This document shows positions 8,466 to 18,511 of a stretch of DNA of 64,000 nucleotides, one piece after another. This DNA comes from Syntrophales bacterium (GTDB lineage: Bacteria > Desulfobacterota > Syntrophia > Syntrophales > PHBD01). A program made the translations under genes and the position numbers. The stretch is taken from contig OY764159.1 of assembly GCA_963668175.1 (NCBI GenBank), positions 2,208,001-2,272,000 on the forward strand, given 5' to 3'. How positions within the stretch are numbered: position 1 is the first letter of the stretch; the number at the start of each line of letters is the position of its first letter. The notes under the pieces were generated by a model. It searched no databases. It was given only the letters and a program-made list of their open reading frames with translations, and was not told the DNA's origin.

Positions 8466-9494
8466 ATGAACGTCCTTTTCCTGACATACCCGTATCCCAA
8501 TTATGTCCCCGATCTGCTCCTCCACGGCCTGAGGAAACTCCTGGGACCGGCGGTCGTCGATTACCCGAGGAAGGACAGCCTCTACCGGGGCGAGATCTTC
8601 GGCGTGGCCCCGGAGGATCAGCTGATTTCCCGTCTGTTCCCGCCGGAGGACACCGCCATCGACCGGGAGGACATCGCCGGCAAAATCGAAAAGGGTTTCT
8701 TCCGATACATCGTCTGCGACAGCCGCCTGGTGGCCGAAACGGTCGCGACGGACGGCGACCGCGCCCTGATGCGTTTCGGCGGCATCCGTTCCATCCCGCT
8801 GTTTCAGGACGAAACCCGGCCCCTGCCGCGGGGGCTCGCCCTCATCGACGGGAACGATTACCCCTTTCCCATTCCGCCCGGCCCCTACGTCGTCTGCCGG
8901 AGAGAGACGGACGGGACCGACGGCACCGTTCCCCTGCCCATGGCCCTGCCGGAGGAGATCTGGCAGTGGATTCACGCCTACAGGAGAGAGCCCAAGGCCT
9001 ATTCCGTGGGTTTCCTGGGCAGCAACCGGCCCTTCTTCCACGGCGAAGACCGGAGCGGCCTCATGGAAGCCATCGCCGCGCGCTACCCCGACAGCCTGCT
9101 CGGTATGTCCGCGATCCCCACGGCGGATACGCCGAGCCCCTCGGGCAGGATGGGCCGGGACGACTATTACCGCGGCCTCCAGCAGTGCCGCGTCGTCCTC
9201 AGCCTGCGGGGCGAGGGCTACGACACGTTCCGGTTCTGGGAGAACGCGGCCTGCTCGGCCGTGCACGTCGCCCAGCGGATGCCGCTCTACATTCCCGACG
9301 ATTTCGAACACGGCCGCAGCATCCTCCGGTTTTCCGACGCGGACGAGATGATCCGGCTGATCGACATGGTCCTCGACGGGAGCATCCGGGGCGAATGGAT
9401 CGTGCAGGAGAGCCACCGCCGTCTTGCCCGATACCACACGACGGAAAGGCGGGCCGCCTATTTCCTGGACAGGATGAAGGCGTCTTTTTCGTGA
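8466..9494 (+). CDS. glycosyltransferase-like protein (GT-B type C-terminal domain)
   Basis: YYRGLQQCRVVLSLRGEGYDTFRFWENAAC and C-terminal HTTERRA motifs. Confidence 0.75.
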   Translation: MNVLFLTYPYPNYVPDLLLHGLRKLLGPAVVDYPRKDSLYRGEIFGVAPEDQLISRLFPPEDTAIDREDIAGKIEKGFFRYIVCDSRLVAETVATDGDRALMRFGGIRSIPLFQDETRPLPRGLALIDGNDYPFPIPPGPYVVCRRETDGTDGTVPLPMALPEEIWQWIHAYRREPKAYSVGFLGSNRPFFHGEDRSGLMEAIAARYPDSLLGMSAIPTADTPSPSGRMGRDDYYRGLQQCRVVLSLRGEGYDTFRFWENAACSAVHVAQRMPLYIPDDFEHGRSILRFSDADEMIRLIDMVLDGSIRGEWIVQESHRRLARYHTTERRAAYFLDRMKASFS

Positions 9495-9531
9495 AGGCGG
9501 AAGGACAGGGCTGCCGGTCTTTCTCGATTGG

Positions 9532-10557
9532 TCATCGGCTGCGTCTGCGTCCGACGACGCGGAGGCTCAAGGCGGCCGTGACCTCGACGAAACCTTCCGG
9601 TCTTTCCAGCAGTTCCCGGTAGAAGGCGGATACGCCTTCGCTGGCCTCGACGTCGTGAAAGGCGATGAGGCCGTCCCGATGGACGAATGGCGACCAGCAC
9701 TCGAAATCCCGCTTCGAGGCTGCGTAGGAGTGGTCCCCGTCTATGAAAAGAAGGCGGATGGGCCGGTTCCATCCCAATACGGCCTGTTCGGAAGGGGCGA
9801 CGATCGGGTCGATCCAGTCGGCCACGCCCATGGCTTCGATGTTATGCCGGAAGCGGCGATACGTCGAGCCCTCTTCGAGGATGACCTTCTCTTCCTGGTT
9901 CTCCGGCGACCCCTGGAAGTGATCGACGGCCGTCACGCATTCCCGCCCCTTGCTGCGGGAGCCCGCGGCCAGGCAGTAAGTCGATTTTCCCATCCATGAG
10001 CCGATTTCCACGATCTCCCCGTTTCCGCCGCCGTCCGCCGCCAGCATCGAAAGGGTGTAGCCCTCGAGGCACCTCAGCCAACCTTCGAGCTGAAAAACGG
10101 TCCGGCAGAACGGCGGGAAATCTTTTTCCAGGCCGTCGAAGATGCCGCGCAGTTCCGGGAAGTCGCGATGGACCTTCAGGGCCGCCCTGCTCGCCACGAC
10201 CGCGTCAGCCATCTCTTCCACGCGGCCGTTGTCTTCCAGCATCGTGACGAGATTGAAAAACGGTCCGGTATCTTCGGGGACCAGGGCTATTGCCTGACGT
10301 AAGAAAGCGGCGGCTTCGTCGAATCTCCTCAGGCGCCAGCTGCATTTGCCCATGTTGTTGAGGGTGCGGTAGTCTCCGGGGCGGAGTTCGAGGGATTTGT
10401 TATAGCAGGCAAGGGCGCGGTCGTCCTCGCGGCGCTCTTCGAAGGCGTTTCCGAGGGCGAAGTACCATTCGGCGTTGTTCGGGTCGGACGCTATCCTTTC
10501 CATGATGAAGGATATCCGTTCGTCCGTCGCGAAGTCGGGGACTTTCGTCGATGTCAT
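9532..10557 (-). CDS. TPR-repeat plus class I SAM-dependent methyltransferase
   Basis: N-terminal TPRs (WYFALGNAF...ALACYNKSLELRP); VEIGSWMGKST; LLFIDGDHSY; IAFHD. Confidence 0.9.
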   Translation of the reverse strand: MTSTKVPDFATDERISFIMERIASDPNNAEWYFALGNAFEERREDDRALACYNKSLELRPGDYRTLNNMGKCSWRLRRFDEAAAFLRQAIALVPEDTGPFFNLVTMLEDNGRVEEMADAVVASRAALKVHRDFPELRGIFDGLEKDFPPFCRTVFQLEGWLRCLEGYTLSMLAADGGGNGEIVEIGSWMGKSTYCLAAGSRSKGRECVTAVDHFQGSPENQEEKVILEEGSTYRRFRHNIEAMGVADWIDPIVAPSEQAVLGWNRPIRLLFIDGDHSYAASKRDFECWSPFVHRDGLIAFHDVEASEGVSAFYRELLERPEGFVEVTAALSLRVVGRRRSR

Positions 10558-10803
10558 AACCCGTCCGTTTGGGGTCCGAAAGGAATTATGCCATATTCGG
10601 GGAGGAACGGCAACGGCGATTATTCGTTCGAAGGGAAGCCTGTTCCCCGTTTGGAACCGCATGCCCCGGCTTGCCCGCCCGATGAGCGCAGCCAGGCGTG
10701 GCCGTTTCCGCAGGCGTCCCGATTTTTCCTTGCTTTATGAAGGAATAAGATGCACGCTGTTTCACACCGGCGAAAACAATAACGCAAACGCGAGAAGTGC
10801 CGC

Positions 10804-11457
10804 ATGCAAACCGACCGTCCAGCCTGCAAAATCTGTTCAGGGCCGGCCCAGTTGTTCTACAGGGACTGGCGCAGCTTTTACATATGCCCGGTATGCTTCT
10901 TCGTCTTTACGGCGGAAACCATCGGCGAGGATCAGCAACGCACGCATTTCGCCTCGCAGGATATGCAGGAGCCGGACTTCTGGAATAACGAAGCCGAGAA
11001 GTATATCCGGTTCGCCGGGCAATTTGTCGAACCGGGGACGATACTCGATTTCGGGTCCGGCAGAGGCTGCCTGTCCGAGGCGTTGAAGGCCATGGGCTTC
11101 GATGTCTCGTCCTTTGAACCCATGATACACGGCCGTTTCGACCGGCAGGCCTATCCCCGTCAATTCAACCTGGTCATCGCCAACCAGGTGATCGAGCACA
11201 TGACGGACATCGTCAGCGAGATCGGGAACATCCTCCCCGTCCTCGAACCCGGCGGCCTGCTGTTTTTCAGCAGCCTGTTCACCGATCACTTCATCTTCGA
11301 CCGCGATTCGCCGGAGTACTTCAAGAACTGGTGGTACAAGGACGATCCGACGCACGTATCCTTCTACTGTTTTCTGACATTGGACCAAGTCGGCAAACAT
11401 ACGGGCCTGAACATCGTCGGTTACGGGCCCAACGCCGTCGCGCTCATGCGGGCCTGA
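10804..11457 (+). CDS. class I SAM-dependent methyltransferase with N-terminal Cys zinc-ribbon
   Basis: CKIC...CPVC; ILDFGSGRG; VIEHM; WWYKDDPTHVSFY. Confidence 0.9.
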   Translation: MQTDRPACKICSGPAQLFYRDWRSFYICPVCFFVFTAETIGEDQQRTHFASQDMQEPDFWNNEAEKYIRFAGQFVEPGTILDFGSGRGCLSEALKAMGFDVSSFEPMIHGRFDRQAYPRQFNLVIANQVIEHMTDIVSEIGNILPVLEPGGLLFFSSLFTDHFIFDRDSPEYFKNWWYKDDPTHVSFYCFLTLDQVGKHTGLNIVGYGPNAVALMRA

Positions 11458-11595
11458 CGTCTTCGGTTCGCTGCCGTCTTGCTCCCCCCGATTCCTTAAC
11501 GTGCCTCACGGACGATTCCGATGCATGCGCCTCCGCTGCCGGCACGCTTCGCGTCGTCAGGCTCCGGACAAAAAGCCGGGGGAAGGTCCGGTTCC

Positions 11596-12261
11596 CTATT
11601 TCGCGAAACCCACCGTCTGGGCGAGGATGATCGTCTGGCCGGGCTTGAGCTTCATGATCGGCGCCAGCGCCGCCTTGTCCACATAGGCGCGGACGACCGT
11701 GGCGAGGCCCGCCGAGGCGCAGTAGAGGTAGACGTTTTCGCTGATGAAGCCCGTAGCCGCCGCCGCATAGAGGAGCTTGATCTCGTCGGTCTTGCCGCCC
11801 GACTTCGTCATGTCCGCCACGTAGATCAGGTTGAGGGGGACGTCCTTCACATAGGCCTGCGTGCCCGCCGCCGCCCGGTGGTCCCCCGATGCGACCAGTT
11901 TCAACTGGTTGGCCTTGGCATCGTAAAGGTAAATCCCCTTCTCCATGACTGCGTAGACGTCGATTTCCTGCTTGTTGTTGGCCGTGGGCGCCGTGCGTTT
12001 CCCGGAATCGGCGCGGCTGACGCCGAAGGCCGCCCACAGGAGGTTGGAAAGGGTCTGCGGGGGGAGCGGCTGGTTCGTGTATGTGCGCGTGGACGTCCTT
12101 TTTCCCAGGAGTTTCAGGAAGGGATCGGTGTCCGTCTGGGGCTTCATGAGCTGCACGGTCGCCTCCGCATCGGCGGCCGCCGATCTTTCAACGGAGCAGA
12201 TCATGCCCGCAACGAATAAAACCAAAGTTACGGTTGCCAGCAGACCAATATTCTTTTTCAT
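11596..12261 (-). CDS. nitroreductase family protein (SagB/ThcOx-like) with signal peptide
   Basis: RTSTRTY, LSNLLWAAFG, KRTAPTA, ENVYLYCASAGLATVVR, AQTVG. Confidence 0.9.
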   Translation of the reverse strand: MKKNIGLLATVTLVLFVAGMICSVERSAAADAEATVQLMKPQTDTDPFLKLLGKRTSTRTYTNQPLPPQTLSNLLWAAFGVSRADSGKRTAPTANNKQEIDVYAVMEKGIYLYDAKANQLKLVASGDHRAAAGTQAYVKDVPLNLIYVADMTKSGGKTDEIKLLYAAAATGFISENVYLYCASAGLATVVRAYVDKAALAPIMKLKPGQTIILAQTVGFAK

Positions 12262-12468
12262 CGTGAGCCTCCTTGTTCAAGTTAAAGGTTGTTGAAGAAC
12301 GGTGTGCCTCTGTGAAGACTATAAGCGAATGGCGGCTTCGTGTCAATGGCGCGGGCTGGACAGGCGGATTCGGGGCTTCAGGCGGCGGCGGTTTCGGCCC
12401 GTTTTCGGAACGCAAACGCGGAATTCCGGGCGCGGCCGGGTGCGATGGAAATGCGCCGGTTCCCTCTC

Positions 12469-13395
12469 CTATCTGAACGAAGCCGGTTTCTGGTGGCAGC
12501 GAAGCCCCGCGATGCGTTCGAGTTCCGCTGCGTTTGCGGCGGATACGTGCCAGCCGTCGGCCTGCAGGGTGAAGCGGAGCGGCGCCGCCGCGAAGGCCGT
12601 CTCTTTTTTCGACGCCTTCTGTTCAACGACAAGGACAAGATCGAAACCGGGATAGAAGGACATGTGCCAGCCTTTGAAGAAAGGCGCGATCTGGCCGGGC
12701 TGTGACGCGGCGCTGCCGCGGCATATAATCTCCACGGCGGGTTCGTCGCAGCCCACGTTGGCGACGAGGAGTGCGAACGGCGGGTTGATGCCGTCGTTCA
12801 AAACGAGCATCCGCTTGCCGTCCGGCGATATGGCAACCGTATCGACGCCGTTGTGGGCGTAGAGGGTTTTGCCGTTCTTCGGGTTGACGAAGAAGGAGCC
12901 GGGCGAATCGTGTTGGTAAAGGGCCTCCACGCGGTAGAAGCCGTTGTGCGCCGCTTTCCCCAGGTACATGAAATGACGCGCGTCGCCCTCGGATTGATCC
13001 GTGGCGGGCAGGGACCAGTCCTTGAAGACGACAGGCGGCCCCGATTCCGGCTTGACGGTGAGCGTCTGCCCGTCGCGGCTTATGGCGGCCTTGTCGGCTT
13101 CGATGCGCGCCGGCTCGGACTTCGGCGCATACATGTCGGAGATGGAGACGACCTTCGGATCGCTGCGGCCGAGCTGGGGGAGCCTTAAAATCTGCCGCGC
13201 GGCATCGAGGGCCAGCTGGTCCGTCTTGGCCGGCGCGTTGCTCAGGAGCGGGTGCTTCGCGTCCTTCAGATATCCGGACAGGTTCGCGACGCCGGGGCTG
13301 TCGGCGGACATTTTCTCCTCGGCCGGACAGGGCGCAGCCAGGCCGATGACAAGGGCCAGGAAGGCGGCTGCGGCTATATAAAGCGAACGATACAT
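12469..13395 (-). CDS. secreted hypothetical protein
   Basis: Signal peptide; SPDGKR beta-propeller-like motif; immediately downstream of add. Confidence 0.7.
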   Translation of the reverse strand: MYRSLYIAAAAFLALVIGLAAPCPAEEKMSADSPGVANLSGYLKDAKHPLLSNAPAKTDQLALDAARQILRLPQLGRSDPKVVSISDMYAPKSEPARIEADKAAISRDGQTLTVKPESGPPVVFKDWSLPATDQSEGDARHFMYLGKAAHNGFYRVEALYQHDSPGSFFVNPKNGKTLYAHNGVDTVAISPDGKRMLVLNDGINPPFALLVANVGCDEPAVEIICRGSAASQPGQIAPFFKGWHMSFYPGFDLVLVVEQKASKKETAFAAAPLRFTLQADGWHVSAANAAELERIAGLRCHQKPASFR

Positions 13396-13410
13396 GCCAA
13401 ACTCTTTGCC

Positions 13411-14373
13411 TCAATCGATCAGAGAAAGCAATCGCTTTTTTTTCTCTTCTTCCAGCCACGACGAGCGTATCGCATTTGCCGAGAGCACTTTCAAATCCTG
13501 CTTTGAAAACTGCAAATGTTTTTCCATCATGTCGTACTCGCCGGAAAGCGAATTGCCGAACATCTTAGGATCGTCCGTGTTGATGGAGACCAATATCCCG
13601 CGGTCGAAATACCGCTTGATGGGATGGGACGCCATATCGGGCACGACTTTGGTGCAGACGTTGGAATAGGGGCACATTTCCAGCGGAATCTTGTGACCGG
13701 CGAGATAATCGAGCAGGCCTTCGTCTTCGAACGCCCGCGTGCCGTGGCCGATGCGTTCCGCCCGCAATGCCGTCAGGGCGGCCCGGATGCTCGGGGCCCC
13801 CGCCGCTTCGCCCGCATGGGCGGTCGTATGGAATCCCAGCTTCCGGGCGTGTTCGAAAGCGTCTTTGTATAATTCGGCCGGAAATTCGTTCTCGCTTCCT
13901 CCCAGCCCTATACCGACAACGCCCAGGTTTTTGACCTCGTTTACCTCCTCAAGCGTACGCATGGCATTCTCGGGGCCGTAATTCCTGACCAGGTCGATAA
14001 TGAGCGCAACCTCGATCCCCGCCACGCGGTCGAGCCCTTTTCTGACCGCCTGCGTTATCTCCCGGACATCGAGGCGGAAATTCCTGAAATCGGATGGGGA
14101 ATAATGGACTTCGGCATACAGGATTTTCTGGTTCCTGAGATCGAGGGCGAACTGTTCCGCGATGAACGTGAAATCCTCATACTCGCGAATGAAGGCGCTC
14201 TTCCACATCCAGGTTTCAATAAAATGACCGAAATCCGTAAATCGAAAGCGCTTGACGAGCGCATCCATGTCCGGCACGGACGGATCGCCTCCATATTTCC
14301 GGATAAGCTGCCAGAGGGCTTCGTAAGGGATGGCGCCTTCCAGGTGCAGATGGATTTCAACGAGAGGCAGCAT
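13411..14373 (-). CDS. add: adenosine deaminase family protein
   Basis: EIHLHLEGA, TAHAGE, RIGHG, EMCPYSN, INTDDP; start MLPLVE at 14373. Confidence 0.92.
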   Translation of the reverse strand: MLPLVEIHLHLEGAIPYEALWQLIRKYGGDPSVPDMDALVKRFRFTDFGHFIETWMWKSAFIREYEDFTFIAEQFALDLRNQKILYAEVHYSPSDFRNFRLDVREITQAVRKGLDRVAGIEVALIIDLVRNYGPENAMRTLEEVNEVKNLGVVGIGLGGSENEFPAELYKDAFEHARKLGFHTTAHAGEAAGAPSIRAALTALRAERIGHGTRAFEDEGLLDYLAGHKIPLEMCPYSNVCTKVVPDMASHPIKRYFDRGILVSINTDDPKMFGNSLSGEYDMMEKHLQFSKQDLKVLSANAIRSSWLEEEKKKRLLSLID

Positions 14374-14438
14374 GAGCGTATCCTTATTCTGCTTATGCAG
14401 GCGCACCAGGGGGCATGCCCGCGGGAGCGTCCCGCCGT

Positions 14439-16535
14439 TTATTTGAAGAACACCCGGCAGTCCACGACGGACAGGCCCTTGCCCGCCCCGTGAACGATGA
14501 CGGGGTTGAGGTCGATCTCGGCGATCTCCGGCACGGCGGAAAGCAGCCGCGCCACGCGGCAGATCAGGTCGGCCAGGGCGTCGATGTCGGCCTTGGCCCG
14601 GCCCCTCGCCCCCTGCAAAACAGGGTAGGCTTTGAGCTGCGTCAGCATGTCCGCCGCTTCGCTCTTCGTCACCGGGGCGAGGCGGATGGCCGTGTCCTTG
14701 AATATTTCGAGGAAGACGCCGCCCAGGCCGGCCGTCACGATGGGGCCGAAGACGGGGTCCTGGCGGCCGCCCACGAAACATTCGACGCCCTCCGCCGCCA
14801 TGGTCTGGACGAGAAAGCCGTCGATAGTCGGTTTATCAGGCAAAGCCCCGATGGCCTTTTCCATTGCGCCGACGGCCGCGGCAAGCTCCGCCGGGCCTGC
14901 GATCCCGAGCTTCACACCGCCCACGTCCGACTTGTGCGAGGCGTCGCGGGAGAGGAGCTTCACGGCGACGGGATAGATCATTTTCAGGCCTTCCGCCTCG
15001 CGGGCGGAACGGACGACCGTGCAGGGAACGCTTTCTATCCCCACGGCGGCCGCGATATCCAGGGCCTCGTCGGTAAGCGGTATGCGCTTTTCGGCGTTGC
15101 ACCGCGCGCGGACGGCCGCAATCTTCTCCGTATCGACCGGGTCCGCCGGATACGCCCCGCGCCCGTCCCGGGCCTTCTTCTCTTCATGGTACGTCGCGGA
15201 GACGTCGAGGGCCTTGACCGCCGCAAGGGGCGTCATGAAGACGGGATAGCCCTGGTTCTTCGCGATGTCGAGGCGCTCCTTCGCGTCGGTGATGAGGGCG
15301 ATGGCGACGGGTTTCCGGTACTCCTCGACCATGCGGCCGACGTTCGCCAGGAACGTCCGGGACATTTCCGCCTCGTAGCTCGACGCGTAGACATGGTTGA
15401 AGAGGACGCCGTCCACGTCTGGAAGCTTGAGCGTCTCTTCCAGGATGCGGATGAAGATCGTGTAGTCGAAGATCTCCCCGAGGTCGAGGGGGTTCTGGTG
15501 GGCGATGACGCGCGTATGGTAGATCGTCTTGACCTTCTCGATGAACGAGGCGGGGAAGTCGACGAGGGTAAAGCCGTATTTCGCGCAGGCGTCGGCCGTG
15601 AGGACCGCGTGCCCGCCGGAGCGCGAGAGCACCGCGACGCGGCGGCTTTTCATGAGGGGCAGGCGGACGATCTTGACGGCGTTGATGAGATCGCCGTCGT
15701 CCTCCGCGCGGATCACCGCGGCCTGCCGGAAGCAGCCGTCCACTACGTCGTCGCCGGCGGAAAGGGCCGTCGTGTGCGACCGGGCGATGGCGGCGGAGGC
15801 CTCGCTGCGGTTGGATTTCTGGACGACGAGGGGCTTGCCCGAGGAAACCGCGAGGTCGAAGAAGGCCCGGCCCCGCTTGAAGCCTTCGAGGTACAGGGCC
15901 ACGACGTCCGTCCCGGCGTCCTTGAGGAAATAGTCGAGGATGTCCACCTCGTCCACCTGCAGTTTGTTGCCGACGGCGGCGAACTTCCCCGGGACGATGG
16001 CGTTGTCGCCGAAGGTCGCCAGGTGGGTCGCGCCGACGCCGCCGCTCTGGGCGATCATGGCGACGCGGCCGCCCTTCGGCACTTCCGCGAAGAAGGCGAA
16101 GGGCATCATCATCCGGATGTCGAAGTTGATCGTCCCGATGCAGTTGGGGCCGATGAAGCGGATGCCGTACCGGTTCGCGATCTCAAGGACCTGCTCTTCC
16201 AGGGTGTGTTCCCCTTCCGTATATTCGCTGAACCCGCCGGATTCGATGACGACGTGGGTGATCCCCTTGCGCCCGCAGGCCTCCATGAAACCGGGGACGG
16301 TCTGGGCCGGGGAGATGATGACGGCGACGTCGGGCACCTCCGGGAGCTTCTCGACGCTGTTGTAAACGGGGACGCCGCCGACGTTCCCCTCCTCGCGGCC
16401 GACGCCGTAGAGGGCCCCCTCGTAGCCTTGCTGCTTGTTGTTCAGAAGGATGATCTGACCGAGATTCAACTTGGTCACCGAGGCGCCGATGACCACCATG
16501 CTCTGCGGATAGAAAAACTTGTCCATGCCGTTCAT
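14439..16535 (-). CDS. ADP-forming acetate/acyl-CoA ligase (fused alpha/beta, ATP-grasp)
   Basis: VVIGAS, SGGFSE, GPNCIG, AQSGG, SHTTAL, HKSDVGGV, DPVFGP, EIDLNPV. Confidence 0.93.
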   Translation of the reverse strand: MNGMDKFFYPQSMVVIGASVTKLNLGQIILLNNKQQGYEGALYGVGREEGNVGGVPVYNSVEKLPEVPDVAVIISPAQTVPGFMEACGRKGITHVVIESGGFSEYTEGEHTLEEQVLEIANRYGIRFIGPNCIGTINFDIRMMMPFAFFAEVPKGGRVAMIAQSGGVGATHLATFGDNAIVPGKFAAVGNKLQVDEVDILDYFLKDAGTDVVALYLEGFKRGRAFFDLAVSSGKPLVVQKSNRSEASAAIARSHTTALSAGDDVVDGCFRQAAVIRAEDDGDLINAVKIVRLPLMKSRRVAVLSRSGGHAVLTADACAKYGFTLVDFPASFIEKVKTIYHTRVIAHQNPLDLGEIFDYTIFIRILEETLKLPDVDGVLFNHVYASSYEAEMSRTFLANVGRMVEEYRKPVAIALITDAKERLDIAKNQGYPVFMTPLAAVKALDVSATYHEEKKARDGRGAYPADPVDTEKIAAVRARCNAEKRIPLTDEALDIAAAVGIESVPCTVVRSAREAEGLKMIYPVAVKLLSRDASHKSDVGGVKLGIAGPAELAAAVGAMEKAIGALPDKPTIDGFLVQTMAAEGVECFVGGRQDPVFGPIVTAGLGGVFLEIFKDTAIRLAPVTKSEAADMLTQLKAYPVLQGARGRAKADIDALADLICRVARLLSAVPEIAEIDLNPVIVHGAGKGLSVVDCRVFFK

Positions 16536-16556
16536 GCCGTCCTGCTCCTCTCCTTA

Positions 16557-16698
16557 CGGGACATTGAAAAACGCCCATCTGTGGCGTTGTTTATCACCTT
16601 CAGGTGACGCAACAAGCCTCGTCATTCAACATACGTCTATGTATGCCTCATTCCTCAGCTGTTGCACGCCTTGCATCCGGGCATTTTTGAACGGCCCG
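16557..16698. mobile_element. MITE-like palindromic repeat, copy A
   Basis: Imperfect terminal inverted repeats CGGG.C.TTGAAAAACGCCC and GGGCATTTTTGAACGGCCCG; core GCCTCGTCA...ATGCCTCATT...GCCTT.CATC.GG.CATTTTTGAA is shared with 48108-48354 and 50369-50597. Confidence 0.8.
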
Positions 16699-16833
16699 TT
16701 TAATTAAACTGACTTGCGGTCAGTCTTACTACCATAAAAGGAGGAGGAATGCCGCTATTTTCATGACGGCCGCGATGGATATTGCATTTGATAATAGCAA
16801 ATCAAGATGTCTGGAATGAAAAACGCCGGAAGC

Positions 16834-16950
16834 TGTCGGTATGCTTTACATTCTCCAAGACGGCCGGATATCCTTTGCTATCGCCTGTTTTGCTTTGTTT
16901 TTGTATTATAAAGTATATAATGCATCATTAATCTGTCAATGTATTTTACA
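16834..16950. promoter_or_regulatory. two TGT-N11-ACA enhancer-like sites (16834-16850, 16934-16950)
   Basis: TGTCGGTATGCTTTACA and TGTCAATGTATTTTACA, 100 bp apart, upstream of a sigma54 site and PEP-CTERM genes. Confidence 0.65.
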
Positions 16951-17014
16951 AATGACTCATGATCTATCAAAGCGTGCAAATCGATAGTCCATGGAAAATC
17001 AGATAGATACAGAT

Positions 17015-17032
17015 CAGGCATGAGGATTGCTT
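17015..17032 (+). promoter_or_regulatory. sigma54 (-24/-12) promoter
   Basis: CAGGCATGAGGATTGCTT gives GG-N10-GC. Confidence 0.7.
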
Positions 17033-17067
17033 ATATTTATATGATATTATATAGGGGGGATGACAAT

Positions 17068-17559
17068 ATGAAAAGGAAACTTTTTCTGTGGGTCGCCTGT
17101 CTGAGCCTGATCGTAGGGTTTCCGGCGACGAGCTCGGCTGTTACATACACGTTTTCAGCTACTTATACTTTCGGTACAGGGGTCGGCTCATTTACTCTCG
17201 ATATACCGAATTATATCTCAGCCGATACGACCTTTCTTCCGGGTACGGATTTGACGTGTTCGAATTGCGTGCGCGTTCAGTTCATGATCGATGCCGAAGC
17301 GAGTCATCTTGCGTCAACTCACGACAGTGTCATAGCATATTCAGTCCCGGAATATGGAGGTACCTGCTATTACTACTTTCCTAACGGATCATTTGCGGTT
17401 GACGGAACCTATTATTACGAAGCATTCGGTATTAATCATAGCGCAACGCTGATTGTGAGTAGTGGAACGCCTGCCGCGGTTCCCGAGCCGGCCACCATGC
17501 TGCTTTTGGGTCTGGGCCTCGCCGGTGTCGTTTTTGCGAGAGGGAAGTTCCAAAAATAG
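17068..17559 (+). CDS. PEP-CTERM sorting-domain protein
   Basis: Signal peptide MKRKLFLW...; C-terminal VPEPATMLLLGLGLAGVVFARGKFQK. Confidence 0.92.
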   Translation: MKRKLFLWVACLSLIVGFPATSSAVTYTFSATYTFGTGVGSFTLDIPNYISADTTFLPGTDLTCSNCVRVQFMIDAEASHLASTHDSVIAYSVPEYGGTCYYYFPNGSFAVDGTYYYEAFGINHSATLIVSSGTPAAVPEPATMLLLGLGLAGVVFARGKFQK

Positions 17560-18511
17560 TCATCGGTGTATTAAGGGGACTGCCCCTATTGTTTCTTAAT
17601 CGTCATATTTATATATGGGGGTATAATTGATGCGCAGGACGTTGAGAATTGCAATACTGCTGGCGGCTCTATTCGTCGTTACGATGGATGCAAATGTTTA
17701 TGCGGCTCCGATATTCGAGTACGAGCTCTGGATGCAGTCCAAAACGAGCCTCGATCAGGGGCATGTCGAAATCATGGGGAAGATTGTCAACAAAGGGACA
17801 GCGACGCTCGATTTAGGCAATTCCTCGGCTGGTTGGGGACCCTGGCCCGGCGATCTGGTAGTACCGCCTGTTTATGAATATCCTACCAACCGTGTGCCTG
17901 AACATCTTCTGCTCGTACCCGGCGAAACGTTTGACTTCCTGTGGTTCAGCGCAACGATTATCAAAGACGAGTCTATGTGGGCGGGATTATTGTTTCAAGG
18001 CGCTTTTAATTTTGTTCCCTACGGCTCCGGCTGGAAGTGGACTACCGGGGGATGCCTCCCCGGAATTATTGTTACAAGCGAATGGGTTATCGGCCCTGTC
18101 GGGGAATTGACATGGAATGTGACGACTATAAACCTGGACACTGCCGGCAAGTATATGAAGATCACGCCGTTTGAGCCCGTTCCCGAGCCGGCCACCATGC
18201 TGCTTCTGAGCCTTGGCCTCGCCGGTGTCGTTTTTGCGAGAGGGAAGTTCCAAAAATAGTCATCGGTGTATTAAGGGGACTACCCCTATTGTTTCTTAAG
18301 CGTCATATTTATATATGGAGGTATAATTGATGCGCAGGACGTTGAGAATTGCAATACTGCTGGCGGCTCTATTCGTCGTTATGATGGATGCAAATGTTTA
18401 TGCGGCTCCGATATTCGAGTACGAGCTCTGGATGCAGTCCAAAACGAGCCTCGATCAGGGACATGTCGAAATCATGGGGAAGATTGTCAACAAGGGGACG
18501 GCCACGCTTGA
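17479..18511 (+). repeat. about 330-bp near-identical direct repeat with 700-bp period (17479-17811 and 18179-18511)
   Basis: Covers the PEP-CTERM tail, intergenic region and first ~60 codons of the next gene; only scattered substitutions by eye. Confidence 0.92.
17630..18259 (+). CDS. PEP-CTERM sorting-domain protein (paralog 1)
   Basis: Signal peptide; VPEPATMLLLSLGLAG plus basic tail. Confidence 0.92.
   Translation: MRRTLRIAILLAALFVVTMDANVYAAPIFEYELWMQSKTSLDQGHVEIMGKIVNKGTATLDLGNSSAGWGPWPGDLVVPPVYEYPTNRVPEHLLLVPGETFDFLWFSATIIKDESMWAGLLFQGAFNFVPYGSGWKWTTGGCLPGIIVTSEWVIGPVGELTWNVTTINLDTAGKYMKITPFEPVPEPATMLLLSLGLAGVVFARGKFQK

Noticed and set aside
7164..9437. 757-aa version of the radical SAM ORF
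   Set aside because: The extension is antisense to the glycosyltransferase; the real start is 8195. Similar spurious extensions were trimmed for add, nudC, omptin, the C1 peptidase and others.
14415..16607. 730-aa plus-strand ORF (likewise 48..1304 +, 43070..45379 +, 39864..41195 -, 57557..58828 +)
   Set aside because: Antisense shadows of well-supported genes in GC-rich DNA; no motifs.
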